This document shows, piece after piece, positions 1 through 8,198 of a DNA stretch of 21,889 bases. The DNA comes from a virus. Lineage: Duplodnaviria > Heunggongvirae > Uroviricota > Caudoviricetes. Under the pieces are notes generated by a model. The model searched no databases and was not told where the DNA came from. It was given only the letters and a program-made list of their open reading frames with translations. The DNA lies in the IMG/VR virus record IMGVR_UViG_3300042988_000374, positions 128,001-149,889 of that record; one strand, 5' to 3'. Position 1 is the stretch's first letter. Each line of letters starts with the position of its first letter. The position numbers and the translations under genes are program-made.

Positions 1-3000
1 TGCCACACGACCAATGATTTCGCCAGTGCTGATTAATTCTAAGCCTGCTGGTAATGAGCCTGCTACAATTCTGTAACGGGTGGTGGATGCGGTGTCAGCA
101 GGAATTGTAAACTGAGTTGATGCATCTAAGTAACTGATTGCGCCATTGTCAATTGTTCCAAAGTCTCCAATTACACTATTAACAGCAGCACTAGTTGTTA
201 GTGCGCCGCCGACAATGAATGACCAGCCAGAGTTACCAGTGGTTAGGTCTGCATTAATTCTGGCTGAGCCTTCGTGGAGCGTGAGTGTTAGATTCTTTGT
301 AGACATCAATGCGTTGACTCTGTTGCTGGTAGAGTCAACTGAGATAATATCTACCATGCGACCGGTAGTGTCGTTGATGTCACCAAGTAACAGATTACCG
401 ATATTACCAATATAGAATTGTGTATTCGCAGCATTACTTGTTAGAGATGCTAGATTACCAGTTAAGGTTATTGGTGTGCCCATAACATTAGCAGTGTAAA
501 AGGATAAAGTAGCAGTGGTGTTCACCGTATAATATCCATTGGCATCCGCAACGTTACCAACATCAACCACAGTAGTTGTCTTGCCGCCATCGGTTGTATA
601 TGTTGTGATATTACTCGATTGATAGCCAGCAGCTGTAGGATTCTTCAACAGTAGAGACTCAGTCAGTACGGGCGTGAGGCTGGCGACTTCATTAAATGTA
701 GTCGCCTTCAAAAACGGGGTGGTAATTCTGTCATCGGCGCCAAACTTGCCACCAAGAGTAATAATAGGGCTATTCTTTTTAAACGTGGCGCTTGTACTAA
801 ACGTACTAAACAAGTTTGGTGTACTGATGTCAGTGTTGAATCTGTATGTGGCGATACCAGTGTTAGCATTGGCAAGAGTACCATTGATCCAACCACCAGC
901 TGCTATGTCATTGATAGGAGTGTCTAGTTCATCAGTGCTGTAGGTAGTTGAACTACCACTAGCATTAGGCGTAGCGCTACCGTCTTTAATAGTAATTGTT
1001 TTACCATTAATACTTGCAATCTTATAGTTGACGCCAGCTATGATGACGTTGGCATTAGCGCTACCGATATTACCAGTGACGTTACTGGTAAAAGAGATGT
1101 TACCATCAACGGCCAAGCCAGTCGCTGATGAGAGTGTGACATACGCGGAAGTATTTGCAGTAGCAGGAGTAAAGCTAGCAGTGGCATTAGAAGCAAACGC
1201 ATCTTTAATGCCATATACTTTATAAGTTAAACCGTATTCACTGCCTTGCAACTCACTGGCATTAAAGTTGTGACCTACCAATTTATGCACCAGACGATCA
1301 GCACTCTTAAACTCACCAATTGAATTGCCAGATGTATAGTAACTATAGTAGGGGTCGTCTACACTCAAGTTAGCTAATGGTCGATTGTTCAACAAAGCAG
1401 GACGGCGTCCAGGGAATGTGATATCACCACGACCGCGCACAACACTCCATTCCCACTCTTGGTTATAAACAGCGATGCAGTAATTGGAGGTAGTGACGTT
1501 AGCAGCACTCACATTAGCGGTTGAAGATGAATTAGAAGTAAGCGCAACTGTAAAGTGCTTTAATGATGCAGTTGGTGTGCCAGAAGAGTCAATCAGTCCA
1601 CTTGCTGTTGGATATCCTGCAATTAATCCGTTAGCGTATAACTTTAAGCCATCTGGTAAATTACCACTAGCTATGCTGAAGTTAGCAGTGGTGCCAGGAT
1701 CTGTTGTTACATTCGCAGTTAATTGAGTGGCAAAGTACTCACTATCAGGTTGCGCCACTGCGATTGTAGTATTACCACTAATAGACTGAGTGTTGGAGAT
1801 ACCAATAGAGGTTGGTGTGACACCAGTACTCAGCATAAAGTCACCACTCAATTTAGCAGTGCCGTTGGCTAAGTTAACTTCACTCAAATAGAATCGGTTA
1901 TTGTTTAGCCCAGTGACATTACTACCAGTGATGTACACAAGCGATTTGTTGTACAGACCATAGTCATATGGATGCGCTACGCCAAATTGGACATAGACGT
2001 TGCTGGTGGTAACATTGTTACCATTACCGGTAACAGTGACCGTATCTTTAACAATCAACTTGTCAATCGTAGCAGCTGGTTTACTCGCGTTTTGATATCT
2101 ACTCATGTCACCTAACAATCCAGGAATAGTGTCAATTGCCTGACGAACAGTGTTAAGCACAGTGAGAGTAAATGTTCGGTCACTGCGCCCAATCACCACA
2201 GTTCCCTGCATCTGGGTAGCTCTGATTGTGAATTCATAAGTGGTATCTGCTGCTACAGCGCCTGGTTTACCAGATAGGACGTAATTACCAGAGACGTTGT
2301 TAAACAGCATACCAGACGGAATCTCTCCATTTAATAGCGAGTACTGTACCGTATGGAATCCAATCGCTGGACGGGCTCCTAATGCGTAGGAAGTGGTGTT
2401 TAACTCGTTACAAGATGGTAGCGCTGATGGAGTCGACCATTGAGGAGTTGCGCTTGCTAATACAGTGTAGCTAAAAGTTTTACTAATTGTAATTGTTTGT
2501 GGTAGCTTATTATCAATGAGATGTGCTTCATTTGGTTTAACCACGCTTATGGTAAATGAGCCAGCCGCATCAGTCACTAGTGTACCAGGGTTACCAGTTA
2601 ACTTTAAGCTAGGGAATACGTGACCATTTTGTGTGAAGGTAGATGGTACTAATTTTAGTGTGCCAATTTGTTTGAAGTCTGTTACCGTATACTGAACTGG
2701 TGGCGCAAAAGCCTCTGTTGGTGATACTGTAAACTCGATAGCTGGTATATCAACTGCATCCGCGAATAGACCTAAGTTCAGTGGTGGTGGCGCAATCCAA
2801 CTATCAACATGCAGGGTGAACTCTTTAGTAACACTCGACTTCAAGTCTGAACCTGAACTAGTCACCGCTTTTGCAGTTACCATAAACGTCTTCTTGTCTA
2901 CTGCGTAATTGGCATAGATGTCACCTATCAAAAGACCAGAAGGACTTAAAGTTAACCCTGGTGGCACATCGGCGCTCTCATATCTTATACCCCTGGCACC

Positions 3001-3087
3001 ATCAGTAGGAGTGGCGCTAAATTGATAATTGATATGCGAGTTGAATGTGCCTAAATCAGACGGCGAGTTCCAAATTGGTTCGTACAT
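1..3087 (-). CDS. Large virion structural protein with repeated putative Ig-like (He_PIG-type) domains; partial, runs off the left edge (>1029 aa)
   Basis: Not in the ORF track because it has no stop in the window. ATG at 3087 (MYEPIWNSPSDLGTF...) lies 2 nt after the endolysin stop. The frame was open wherever I read it. Repeated motifs: ADVPPGLTLSPSGLLIG, YSLLNGEIPSGMLF...LSGKP...YEFTIRA, FSIASGNLPDGLKLYANGLIAGYP, YRIVAGSLPAGLELISTGEIIG. Rich in T/S/N/G. Confidence 0.85.
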   Translation of the reverse strand, partial: MYEPIWNSPSDLGTFNSHINYQFSATPTDGARGIRYESADVPPGLTLSPSGLLIGDIYANYAVDKKTFMVTAKAVTSSGSDLKSSVTKEFTLHVDSWIAPPPLNLGLFADAVDIPAIEFTVSPTEAFAPPVQYTVTDFKQIGTLKLVPSTFTQNGHVFPSLKLTGNPGTLVTDAAGSFTISVVKPNEAHLIDNKLPQTITISKTFSYTVLASATPQWSTPSALPSCNELNTTSYALGARPAIGFHTVQYSLLNGEIPSGMLFNNVSGNYVLSGKPGAVAADTTYEFTIRATQMQGTVVIGRSDRTFTLTVLNTVRQAIDTIPGLLGDMSRYQNASKPAATIDKLIVKDTVTVTGNGNNVTTSNVYVQFGVAHPYDYGLYNKSLVYITGSNVTGLNNNRFYLSEVNLANGTAKLSGDFMLSTGVTPTSIGISNTQSISGNTTIAVAQPDSEYFATQLTANVTTDPGTTANFSIASGNLPDGLKLYANGLIAGYPTASGLIDSSGTPTASLKHFTVALTSNSSSTANVSAANVTTSNYCIAVYNQEWEWSVVRGRGDITFPGRRPALLNNRPLANLSVDDPYYSYYTSGNSIGEFKSADRLVHKLVGHNFNASELQGSEYGLTYKVYGIKDAFASNATASFTPATANTSAYVTLSSATGLAVDGNISFTSNVTGNIGSANANVIIAGVNYKIASINGKTITIKDGSATPNASGSSTTYSTDELDTPINDIAAGGWINGTLANANTGIATYRFNTDISTPNLFSTFSTSATFKKNSPIITLGGKFGADDRITTPFLKATTFNEVASLTPVLTESLLLKNPTAAGYQSSNITTYTTDGGKTTTVVDVGNVADANGYYTVNTTATLSFYTANVMGTPITLTGNLASLTSNAANTQFYIGNIGNLLLGDINDTTGRMVDIISVDSTSNRVNALMSTKNLTLTLHEGSARINADLTTGNSGWSFIVGGALTTSAAVNSVIGDFGTIDNGAISYLDASTQFTIPADTASTTRYRIVAGSLPAGLELISTGEIIGRVA

Positions 3088-3089
3088 GT

Positions 3090-3716
3090 TTATTGTGCTC
3101 TTAGGATAGCCAGCGCTTGTTCGTAGTGGTGTTGTCTGTCGGCTAAGCCAATATGGCCCCCATTAATGCGTTTTGTGAGCATAGCAAAGTCACCGCTATC
3201 ACAGTATTGATTTAAATTGTTTTGGTCCCAAAACCATCCGGCAGAACTTACCGCACCTGCTGGTGTCTCCATATATGCTACACACTCGTCGAGTGTTACG
3301 TCCAAGTCAGCAGCAAAGCGAGTGTAGTTACTCTTACCAGTTAATTGAATTAAACCACGACCACAGAATTTGTATCCGTCTCCCGACTCTTCTGGGCCAT
3401 TACCCATGCGATTAGCATACACGCGATTAGCAATCTTCTCTGGCTTGCGCTCATATTGTTTTGCCAAGTCTTCAGTAGGGAAATACTTTTTGAATGTAGT
3501 CATCAAACCCTTTGCACCGTAGGAAAGGTTCTCTTTTGTGAAGTTGAACGCCCCACTTTCGTGTGCAGTCTGTGCCAAGAAGGCAGCTAAACGTTCTGCT
3601 GACGTGTCTAACTCGTAATAAGCAGCGACTTCATTGAGTGGTTCAACATACTGTGCCAAGACAGCTTCTTTTGTTTTTGGGCATAATGCCTTTAAGATTT
3701 CTAGTGTTACTTGCAT
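3090..3716 (-). CDS. Glycoside hydrolase family 19 (chitinase-like) endolysin
   Basis: GH19 motifs FLAQTAHESG, ENL, IANRVYANRMGNG, GDGYKFCGRGLIQLTGKSNY, SAGWFW and TKRINGG. AAGGA SD upstream. Confidence 0.93.
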   Translation of the reverse strand: MQVTLEILKALCPKTKEAVLAQYVEPLNEVAAYYELDTSAERLAAFLAQTAHESGAFNFTKENLSYGAKGLMTTFKKYFPTEDLAKQYERKPEKIANRVYANRMGNGPEESGDGYKFCGRGLIQLTGKSNYTRFAADLDVTLDECVAYMETPAGAVSSAGWFWDQNNLNQYCDSGDFAMLTKRINGGHIGLADRQHHYEQALAILRAQ

Positions 3717-3726
3717 TTTAATTTCC

Positions 3727-4677
3727 TTAATCTTTAATATTTACCGTGCTGAAGTTCCAAGTTGTTGGTGCTTTGAGCGCTGCCAATACAACAGCATCAC
3801 TTGCCTCTCTTTTAGTTGAGTAGAATAGTGTGGTCAGACCTTCATATTCTCCACCCATACCTTTTGATACAAACTCAGCATCAGGGAACATGGTGTTATC
3901 AGTGAACACAACGTAATCAATTACGCCATCTGCCTTATGCTCAATGTGTGCGATTTCTTTTGGCGTCTCGTGACCACGAACTTCGATTACCGCGGGCGAG
4001 GTATGTGGTTCAAATTGAATCACCGACACTTTCGAACCAACTGTCATTTGCACTCTGCTACGACCGTCGATAGTTTTTAAATAACGCTGAAACTCAATCA
4101 AGTCGGCAATGGCGGTATGTTGGGATTCAAGTAATGTGTGTTCTGCTAACTGACGAAGAGTACTGCCCAATATATTGCCATCTCTGAATGGAATTCCAGG
4201 AGTATCTTTGCGCTCACGTTTGAATCTGGCGTAATACGCCGCACCAAAGTCTAAGATTTGATCACCAGTTACCATAAACTGGGCAAACTTCCAGTTACTC
4301 TCGTATATCGTTGCGTCACGTTTACCATAAGCCCGCATCATTCGTCCAGCCACCGCATTTGCTTCGTCTTCCACTGCGAGACGCTCTTCATCGTCCATGT
4401 CGTTGTGTGCGATTCCCTGTTCGAATTGCGAATGATGGACCAATTCGTGGGCCAGTGTACGACAGATATCAGCTACATTGCGATTGCCAACGTGTGTCCA
4501 GATTTCACCACGTGAGTTAGTGCTGCCAAATGTTCTGTTGGCTAACACAGGACCCATGTCATTACCGTACTCGATTTTTGGTGGATTCTCTATGCCCAAT
4601 TGTCCAATGGCCCAAGCTGCAAACTTCTTTACTTGCTGGACTTTATCGTTTAGGGTTTTAACTTCGTTGATGCGCAT
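3727..4677 (-). CDS. HEXXH zinc metallopeptidase-like domain with MRINEV leader, fused to a C-terminal domain of unknown function
   Basis: RTLAHELVHHSQ followed by EDEANAVAG (zincin pattern). The C-terminal part resembles the 152-aa and 165-aa proteins at 7477-7935 and 8515-9012. Confidence 0.75.
   Translation of the reverse strand: MRINEVKTLNDKVQQVKKFAAWAIGQLGIENPPKIEYGNDMGPVLANRTFGSTNSRGEIWTHVGNRNVADICRTLAHELVHHSQFEQGIAHNDMDDEERLAVEDEANAVAGRMMRAYGKRDATIYESNWKFAQFMVTGDQILDFGAAYYARFKRERKDTPGIPFRDGNILGSTLRQLAEHTLLESQHTAIADLIEFQRYLKTIDGRSRVQMTVGSKVSVIQFEPHTSPAVIEVRGHETPKEIAHIEHKADGVIDYVVFTDNTMFPDAEFVSKGMGGEYEGLTTLFYSTKREASDAVVLAALKAPTTWNFSTVNIKD
3738..3743 (-). promoter_or_regulatory. Putative T4-like late promoter (TAAATA) for the endolysin, inside the 3' end of the upstream gene
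   Basis: Minus strand reads TAAATA-TTAAAGATT-AAGGA-AATTAAA-ATG(3716). Confidence 0.5.
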
Positions 4678-4681
4678 CTAG

Positions 4682-4701
4682 TATTTATCTGCGACTAAAT
4701 A
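4682..4701. promoter_or_regulatory. Back-to-back divergent late-type promoters (TAAATA on - at 4682-4687, on + at 4696-4701)
   Basis: The 44-bp intergenic gap contains TATTTA-N8-TAAATA. The minus copy is 4 nt from ATG 4677. The plus copy precedes SD AAGGA and ATG 4722. Confidence 0.65.
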
Positions 4702-4721
4702 TGTGTTAAGGAACTTTAAAG

Positions 4722-5546
4722 ATGAAAAAACTACTATTAACGCTGCTCTTAGCAGTATCTACCGCAGCATTTGGTTGGACTCAACGACCACCATTAGCTG
4801 TTGAACAATGCCGTGTTCACGCACCATGGGGATTCCCAGTAACCTCTGGTGTTCAACCACTGTGCCAGCAAGCATATCTAGTTGGTTATGACGCACCAGC
4901 TAAATTGCCAAAGTTTGTCTCGTATGAGTTGCTGCCTAAGAATGCACTTGGTTGTGTACCACGAACCAATGCGTTTGCTACTAATCAATACATTCCTGGT
5001 GGCGCTACACCAGATGACTATGCTGCTACTGGATATGATCGAGGTCATATGGTACCAGATGGTGACCTATCATGGGATGTACAAGTTGAATTCGAGAGCT
5101 TCCTTATGAGTAACATGGCACCACAAGCTGGTTCACTCAATCGCGGTATCTGGAAATTACTGGAGACTAGTGTACGTGGCTGGGTAGTTCAGACTGGTCA
5201 ACCTTATGTGATTTATGCAGGTTCGGTATATGGACCTGGTGACAAAAAGATTGGTTCTGGAGTTGTAGTACCACATGCTTTCTATAAAGTGGTTGTTAAT
5301 GCCGCTACTGGTGAAGTTGCTGGCTGGTGGTTCCCGCATGTTGCACCATATCCGAACTTAGGTAACGACTTGACTAAGTTCCGTAAACCAGTTGCTATGA
5401 TTCAAAGTGAAGCTGGCGTGTCATTCTCATTCCCAGCAGGTGCTACTGAGTTACGTCCTGGCGCTGAATGGAAGGTAGACTACGGTAAGTTGACTAACCA
5501 AAAACGTGCGCGTTGTAAGAATCCAGCAGCCGACGCTAATGAGTAA
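4722..5546 (+). CDS. Secreted DNA/RNA non-specific endonuclease (Serratia NucA/EndoG betabetaalpha-metal family)
   Basis: Signal peptide MKKLLLTLLLAVSTAAFG; catalytic GYDRGHMVP; ESFLMSNMAPQAGSLNRGIWKLLE; VVVPHAFYKVV. This is the only credible plus-strand gene. Confidence 0.92.
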   Translation: MKKLLLTLLLAVSTAAFGWTQRPPLAVEQCRVHAPWGFPVTSGVQPLCQQAYLVGYDAPAKLPKFVSYELLPKNALGCVPRTNAFATNQYIPGGATPDDYAATGYDRGHMVPDGDLSWDVQVEFESFLMSNMAPQAGSLNRGIWKLLETSVRGWVVQTGQPYVIYAGSVYGPGDKKIGSGVVVPHAFYKVVVNAATGEVAGWWFPHVAPYPNLGNDLTKFRKPVAMIQSEAGVSFSFPAGATELRPGAEWKVDYGKLTNQKRARCKNPAADANE

Positions 5547-5562
5547 GATGGTAATTACCATG

Positions 5563-5589
5563 TAAAAAGGACCCAGTGGGTCCTTTTTA
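5563..5589. terminator. Bidirectional intrinsic terminator between convergent genes
   Basis: Perfect inverted repeat TAAAAAGGACCCA-G-TGGGTCCTTTTTA, giving a U-tract on both strands. Confidence 0.85.
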
Positions 5590-5904
5590 TTTCTTTGCTT
5601 GTTGTTTGATTCGTTCTTCAAGCACAGCTATGTGTTGCTTGTTCTCTTGAATCTGATCTCTGTTGACTTGAATTTCTTTTTCTAACTCTTGTCTAAGTTT
5701 TTCTCGTGCTAACTCACTACCTGTATTAGTAGCTTGCTTGTTGTCCGCGGTTACTACTAGACTTGCTTTTTGATTTAGTATTGTTACTTCGTGTTCTAGT
5801 CTACTTACTGCTGATAGTAGATAGCCTACGCCAGCAATTAGTAGTGGTAATAGAGCAAAGATTAACTTCTCAATAAACTGTCCCTTTTCGCTTTGATCAC
5901 TCAT
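5587..5904 (-). CDS. Single-TM protein with C-terminal coiled coil; unknown function (weak holin/antiholin candidate)
   Basis: Hydrophobic LIFALLPLLIAGVGYLLSAV followed by heptad-rich sequence. ATG at 5904 (MSDQ...) just after the upstream stop is preferred over 5916. Confidence 0.7.
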   Translation of the reverse strand: MSDQSEKGQFIEKLIFALLPLLIAGVGYLLSAVSRLEHEVTILNQKASLVVTADNKQATNTGSELAREKLRQELEKEIQVNRDQIQENKQHIAVLEERIKQQAKK

Positions 5905-5909
5905 AGTAA

Positions 5910-7379
5910 TCACCACTTACGACATGACCAGTAACGTGCTTTGGTACGTGGTCCGGGATTATCACAGTTGTGACGAGCGCGAAAGTTCTTACGACGACCT
6001 GGGTTAGATTTCTTAATCTTTGCTCCCTTTTGACCGAAGTTAACTTTCTTTACATTGCCTGTTGATGGGTCTTTGACGTATACTTTAAATTTAGCAACAT
6101 CGCCCTGCATAGGTTTGCCCAGTTGAACTTTGCGGCCTTGATACTCAGCTTCGTTTAGCATCTCTTCGTCGTACCATAGGTCGCCGTATGCTTCGTAGAA
6201 CTCGTCATCGTCGTGATATGTTTCTTCTAGCATACCTTCATTTGTTGGCTTCTTTTCTTTTTCTGCTTGAGCAATGTGTTGTTGAAGCATATCCCACAAT
6301 CTGTCGCTCTCAGATTTTTGCTGTTCTTTTTCTTTATCACTTAACTCCGCACGAGGGCGCTTACCGAATTCTGCTCTAGCAGTTTTAGTGTTTGCTTTTT
6401 TGGCTTCTGTTACCTTTTGATCTACATCTTGTTTGGCACGAGGGTCTTGCCAGTGATACACTAATCCATCTTTACCTAACACTTCACTCTTACTCATTAT
6501 GCCATCTGGTCTAGGTTTTCTTGGTTCAGGGAACTTACCATCATGTGCGCCAATACCGTGTTGTTGTAAGAATGCGTTACCTTCATCAACTTCATCCTTG
6601 TATTTGATGTTGGAAATCTTTTCTAGTTGTTCAGGATCAACATCACGCTGTGTTTTATATTGATAGCGATTCATACGGTCAATGAACATATTCATTGCTT
6701 TATCAATCACTGGATCACTTCCTGTACCTGGCAAACCACCGTGTACTGGTCCTTGTTTGTACTGATCTGCTTTTGCATTCCAATAAGCAACTTGTGAGTC
6801 GGTATATGCATCATCACTTCTTTGATGTCTATCTTGTTGATGCATTCTGGACTGATGAAGTCTATCCATATACTCACGGTGTTTTTGACGCTCGTTTTTC
6901 CTATCATCTTGTGTACCAAGGTAACCTTGATCGCCTAATTCATCTCTAACTCTGTTGAGTACTGAGCCTTCTGCTATACCTTCAGATAACTCTTGAGGTG
7001 TGAAGCCGATATAAGTATCACCATCTTCGTCACCGGCTTGAACTACAAAGCAGCCACCTTCTTCGCTTTCAAGAGGTCCAATTTCCCAACCAATGCTATC
7101 TAATGCCTGTTCAACTTTCTGTTTTACATTATCATCGCCTTGATACCACATACGAGCGAATTTAAGGAATTTATCATCGCTACCGCCATCTGCGGCGTAT
7201 TCATTCAATGCTCCCTCGTTAGCAGCCGCCTTAAAGTTTGCTGCCGTCGGAGCTCCTTTACTACCTGGCTTACGCATTTTTTCTCCACTGCCGGACTTGA
7301 TACGCTCCTGCTTAGCGTGAATGTTTGCCCACAAGCCTGGGCCTGTTTTGCCCTCGCCTAAAATTTCACTAATCTTCAT
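5910..7379 (-). CDS. Modular putative internal head (poly)protein with capsid-targeting-like leader and a conserved basic C-terminal phage domain
   Basis: Leader MKISEILGE; about 10 x-x-E|G/A-type junctions. The C-terminal AEYQGRKVQLGKPMQGDV...RRKNFRARHNCDNPGPRTKARYWSCRKW is a domain I recognise as widespread among T4-like phage hypothetical proteins. Confidence 0.75.
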   Translation of the reverse strand: MKISEILGEGKTGPGLWANIHAKQERIKSGSGEKMRKPGSKGAPTAANFKAAANEGALNEYAADGGSDDKFLKFARMWYQGDDNVKQKVEQALDSIGWEIGPLESEEGGCFVVQAGDEDGDTYIGFTPQELSEGIAEGSVLNRVRDELGDQGYLGTQDDRKNERQKHREYMDRLHQSRMHQQDRHQRSDDAYTDSQVAYWNAKADQYKQGPVHGGLPGTGSDPVIDKAMNMFIDRMNRYQYKTQRDVDPEQLEKISNIKYKDEVDEGNAFLQQHGIGAHDGKFPEPRKPRPDGIMSKSEVLGKDGLVYHWQDPRAKQDVDQKVTEAKKANTKTARAEFGKRPRAELSDKEKEQQKSESDRLWDMLQQHIAQAEKEKKPTNEGMLEETYHDDDEFYEAYGDLWYDEEMLNEAEYQGRKVQLGKPMQGDVAKFKVYVKDPSTGNVKKVNFGQKGAKIKKSNPGRRKNFRARHNCDNPGPRTKARYWSCRKW

Positions 7380-7485
7380 TTACCTGCTCCTTTGAATATT
7401 TGTTTTTGTATTTCATACCACTCGTTCCACGAATCGTTCTTAACTGCGCAGTCGTAGTGCGTACCGTAGTTGATAGTTACTGTAT
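7365..7485. repeat. Diverged 121-bp direct repeat, copy 1
   Basis: Ungapped match to 7921-8041 (offset 556), 19 mismatches by manual count (~84% identity). Confidence 0.92.
7376..7484 (-). pseudogene. Orphan 3' fragment of a second o-spanin allele (no start codon)
   Basis: Translates TVTINYGTHYDCAVKNDSWNEWYEIQKQIFKGAGK*, versus TVTLNYGAYYECAVKTDAWIEWYEIQKQIFEGAGK* in the intact gene. Confidence 0.85.
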
Positions 7486-7935
7486 AAAAGTTGGTAACGC
7501 TGTGTTAAAGCGTAACGACATCATTGTCTGGAACTCACTATAGGTATCTTTACTCGCAAAGGTGAATACGTAATATGTTGCTCTGGTAGTAATTACATCA
7601 TGCGGATATGTTTGTATCTTTGTTCCATCACTGAATTCTAATTGATCATTATTTTTACGAATGAACATCATAGTGCGTGGTGGGTCCAAAACCATAATCT
7701 TGTTATTCAATAAACACACCGGGACGACCATATATTTACCATTTGGTTCAGGAATGGCAGACATTTCGGTCAGACTCCTAAATTGACTTTCCGTCTCAAT
7801 GTCATTGGTTTCAAATAAATTAGACCCGTCATGTAGACTCTCAAAGAGCTCCATCCTATCAATGATACTAATTGATTCGGACAGCTCGGACCATCTCATA
7901 ACTGTTTTTTTAATGATTACTTCACTAATATTCAT
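7477..7935 (-). CDS. Hypothetical protein with MNISEV leader; paralogue of 8515-9012
   Basis: ATGA-coupled to the o-spanin stop. Shares NLFETND/TLFESND, GKYMV/KKYIV, TYPHD/TFPDN and FQTMMSLRF/FTTMMVLKY with the 165-aa protein. Confidence 0.8.
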   Translation of the reverse strand: MNISEVIIKKTVMRWSELSESISIIDRMELFESLHDGSNLFETNDIETESQFRSLTEMSAIPEPNGKYMVVPVCLLNNKIMVLDPPRTMMFIRKNNDQLEFSDGTKIQTYPHDVITTRATYYVFTFASKDTYSEFQTMMSLRFNTALPTFIQ

Positions 7936-8041
7936 TTACCTGCTCCTTCGAATATTTGTTTCTGTATTTCATACCATTCAATCCATGCGTCAGTCTTTAC
8001 TGCGCATTCATAGTACGCACCGTAGTTGAGCGTGACTGTAT
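7921..8041. repeat. Diverged 121-bp direct repeat, copy 2
   Basis: Matches 7365-7485. Covers the o-spanin 3' end plus the first five codons of the next gene. Confidence 0.92.
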
Positions 8042-8198
8042 TAGCAACATCACTTAATTTAGCATCTTCGTTCAACTTCTGAAGCTGAGGACACGCCACT
8101 TTAATTCGTGGCGGTGCTTCTGGGAATTTAGCGGTAACTGGCACAGCGGTAGTGCAGCCAGTTAAGATGATTGTTGCTAAGATTAATGCAATTCTCAT
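7932..8198 (-). CDS. Outer-membrane spanin (o-spanin, Rz1-like lipoprotein)
   Basis: Lipoprotein signal MRIALILATIILTG|C; Pro-rich linker with Cys (FPEAPPRIKVACPQL); NY..Y.ECA helix; lies downstream of an i-spanin. Confidence 0.85.
   Translation of the reverse strand: MRIALILATIILTGCTTAVPVTAKFPEAPPRIKVACPQLQKLNEDAKLSDVANTVTLNYGAYYECAVKTDAWIEWYEIQKQIFEGAGK

Noticed and set aside
794-811. Tandem 9-mer GTACTAAAC x2
   Set aside because: In-frame duplication encoding FSTFST within a low-complexity structural protein; too short to be meaningful.
5587-5904. Firm holin call
   Set aside because: Only one TM segment and proximity to lysis genes support it; no recognisable holin family motif.
7477-7935. 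Homing endonuclease or transposase explaining the insertion
   Set aside because: No HNH, GIY-YIG, LAGLIDADG or DDE pattern and no terminal inverted repeats.
7365-8041. Diversity-generating retroelement TR/VR pair
   Set aside because: The mismatches are not confined to adenines of either copy on either strand, many are synonymous, and no reverse transcriptase is in the window.
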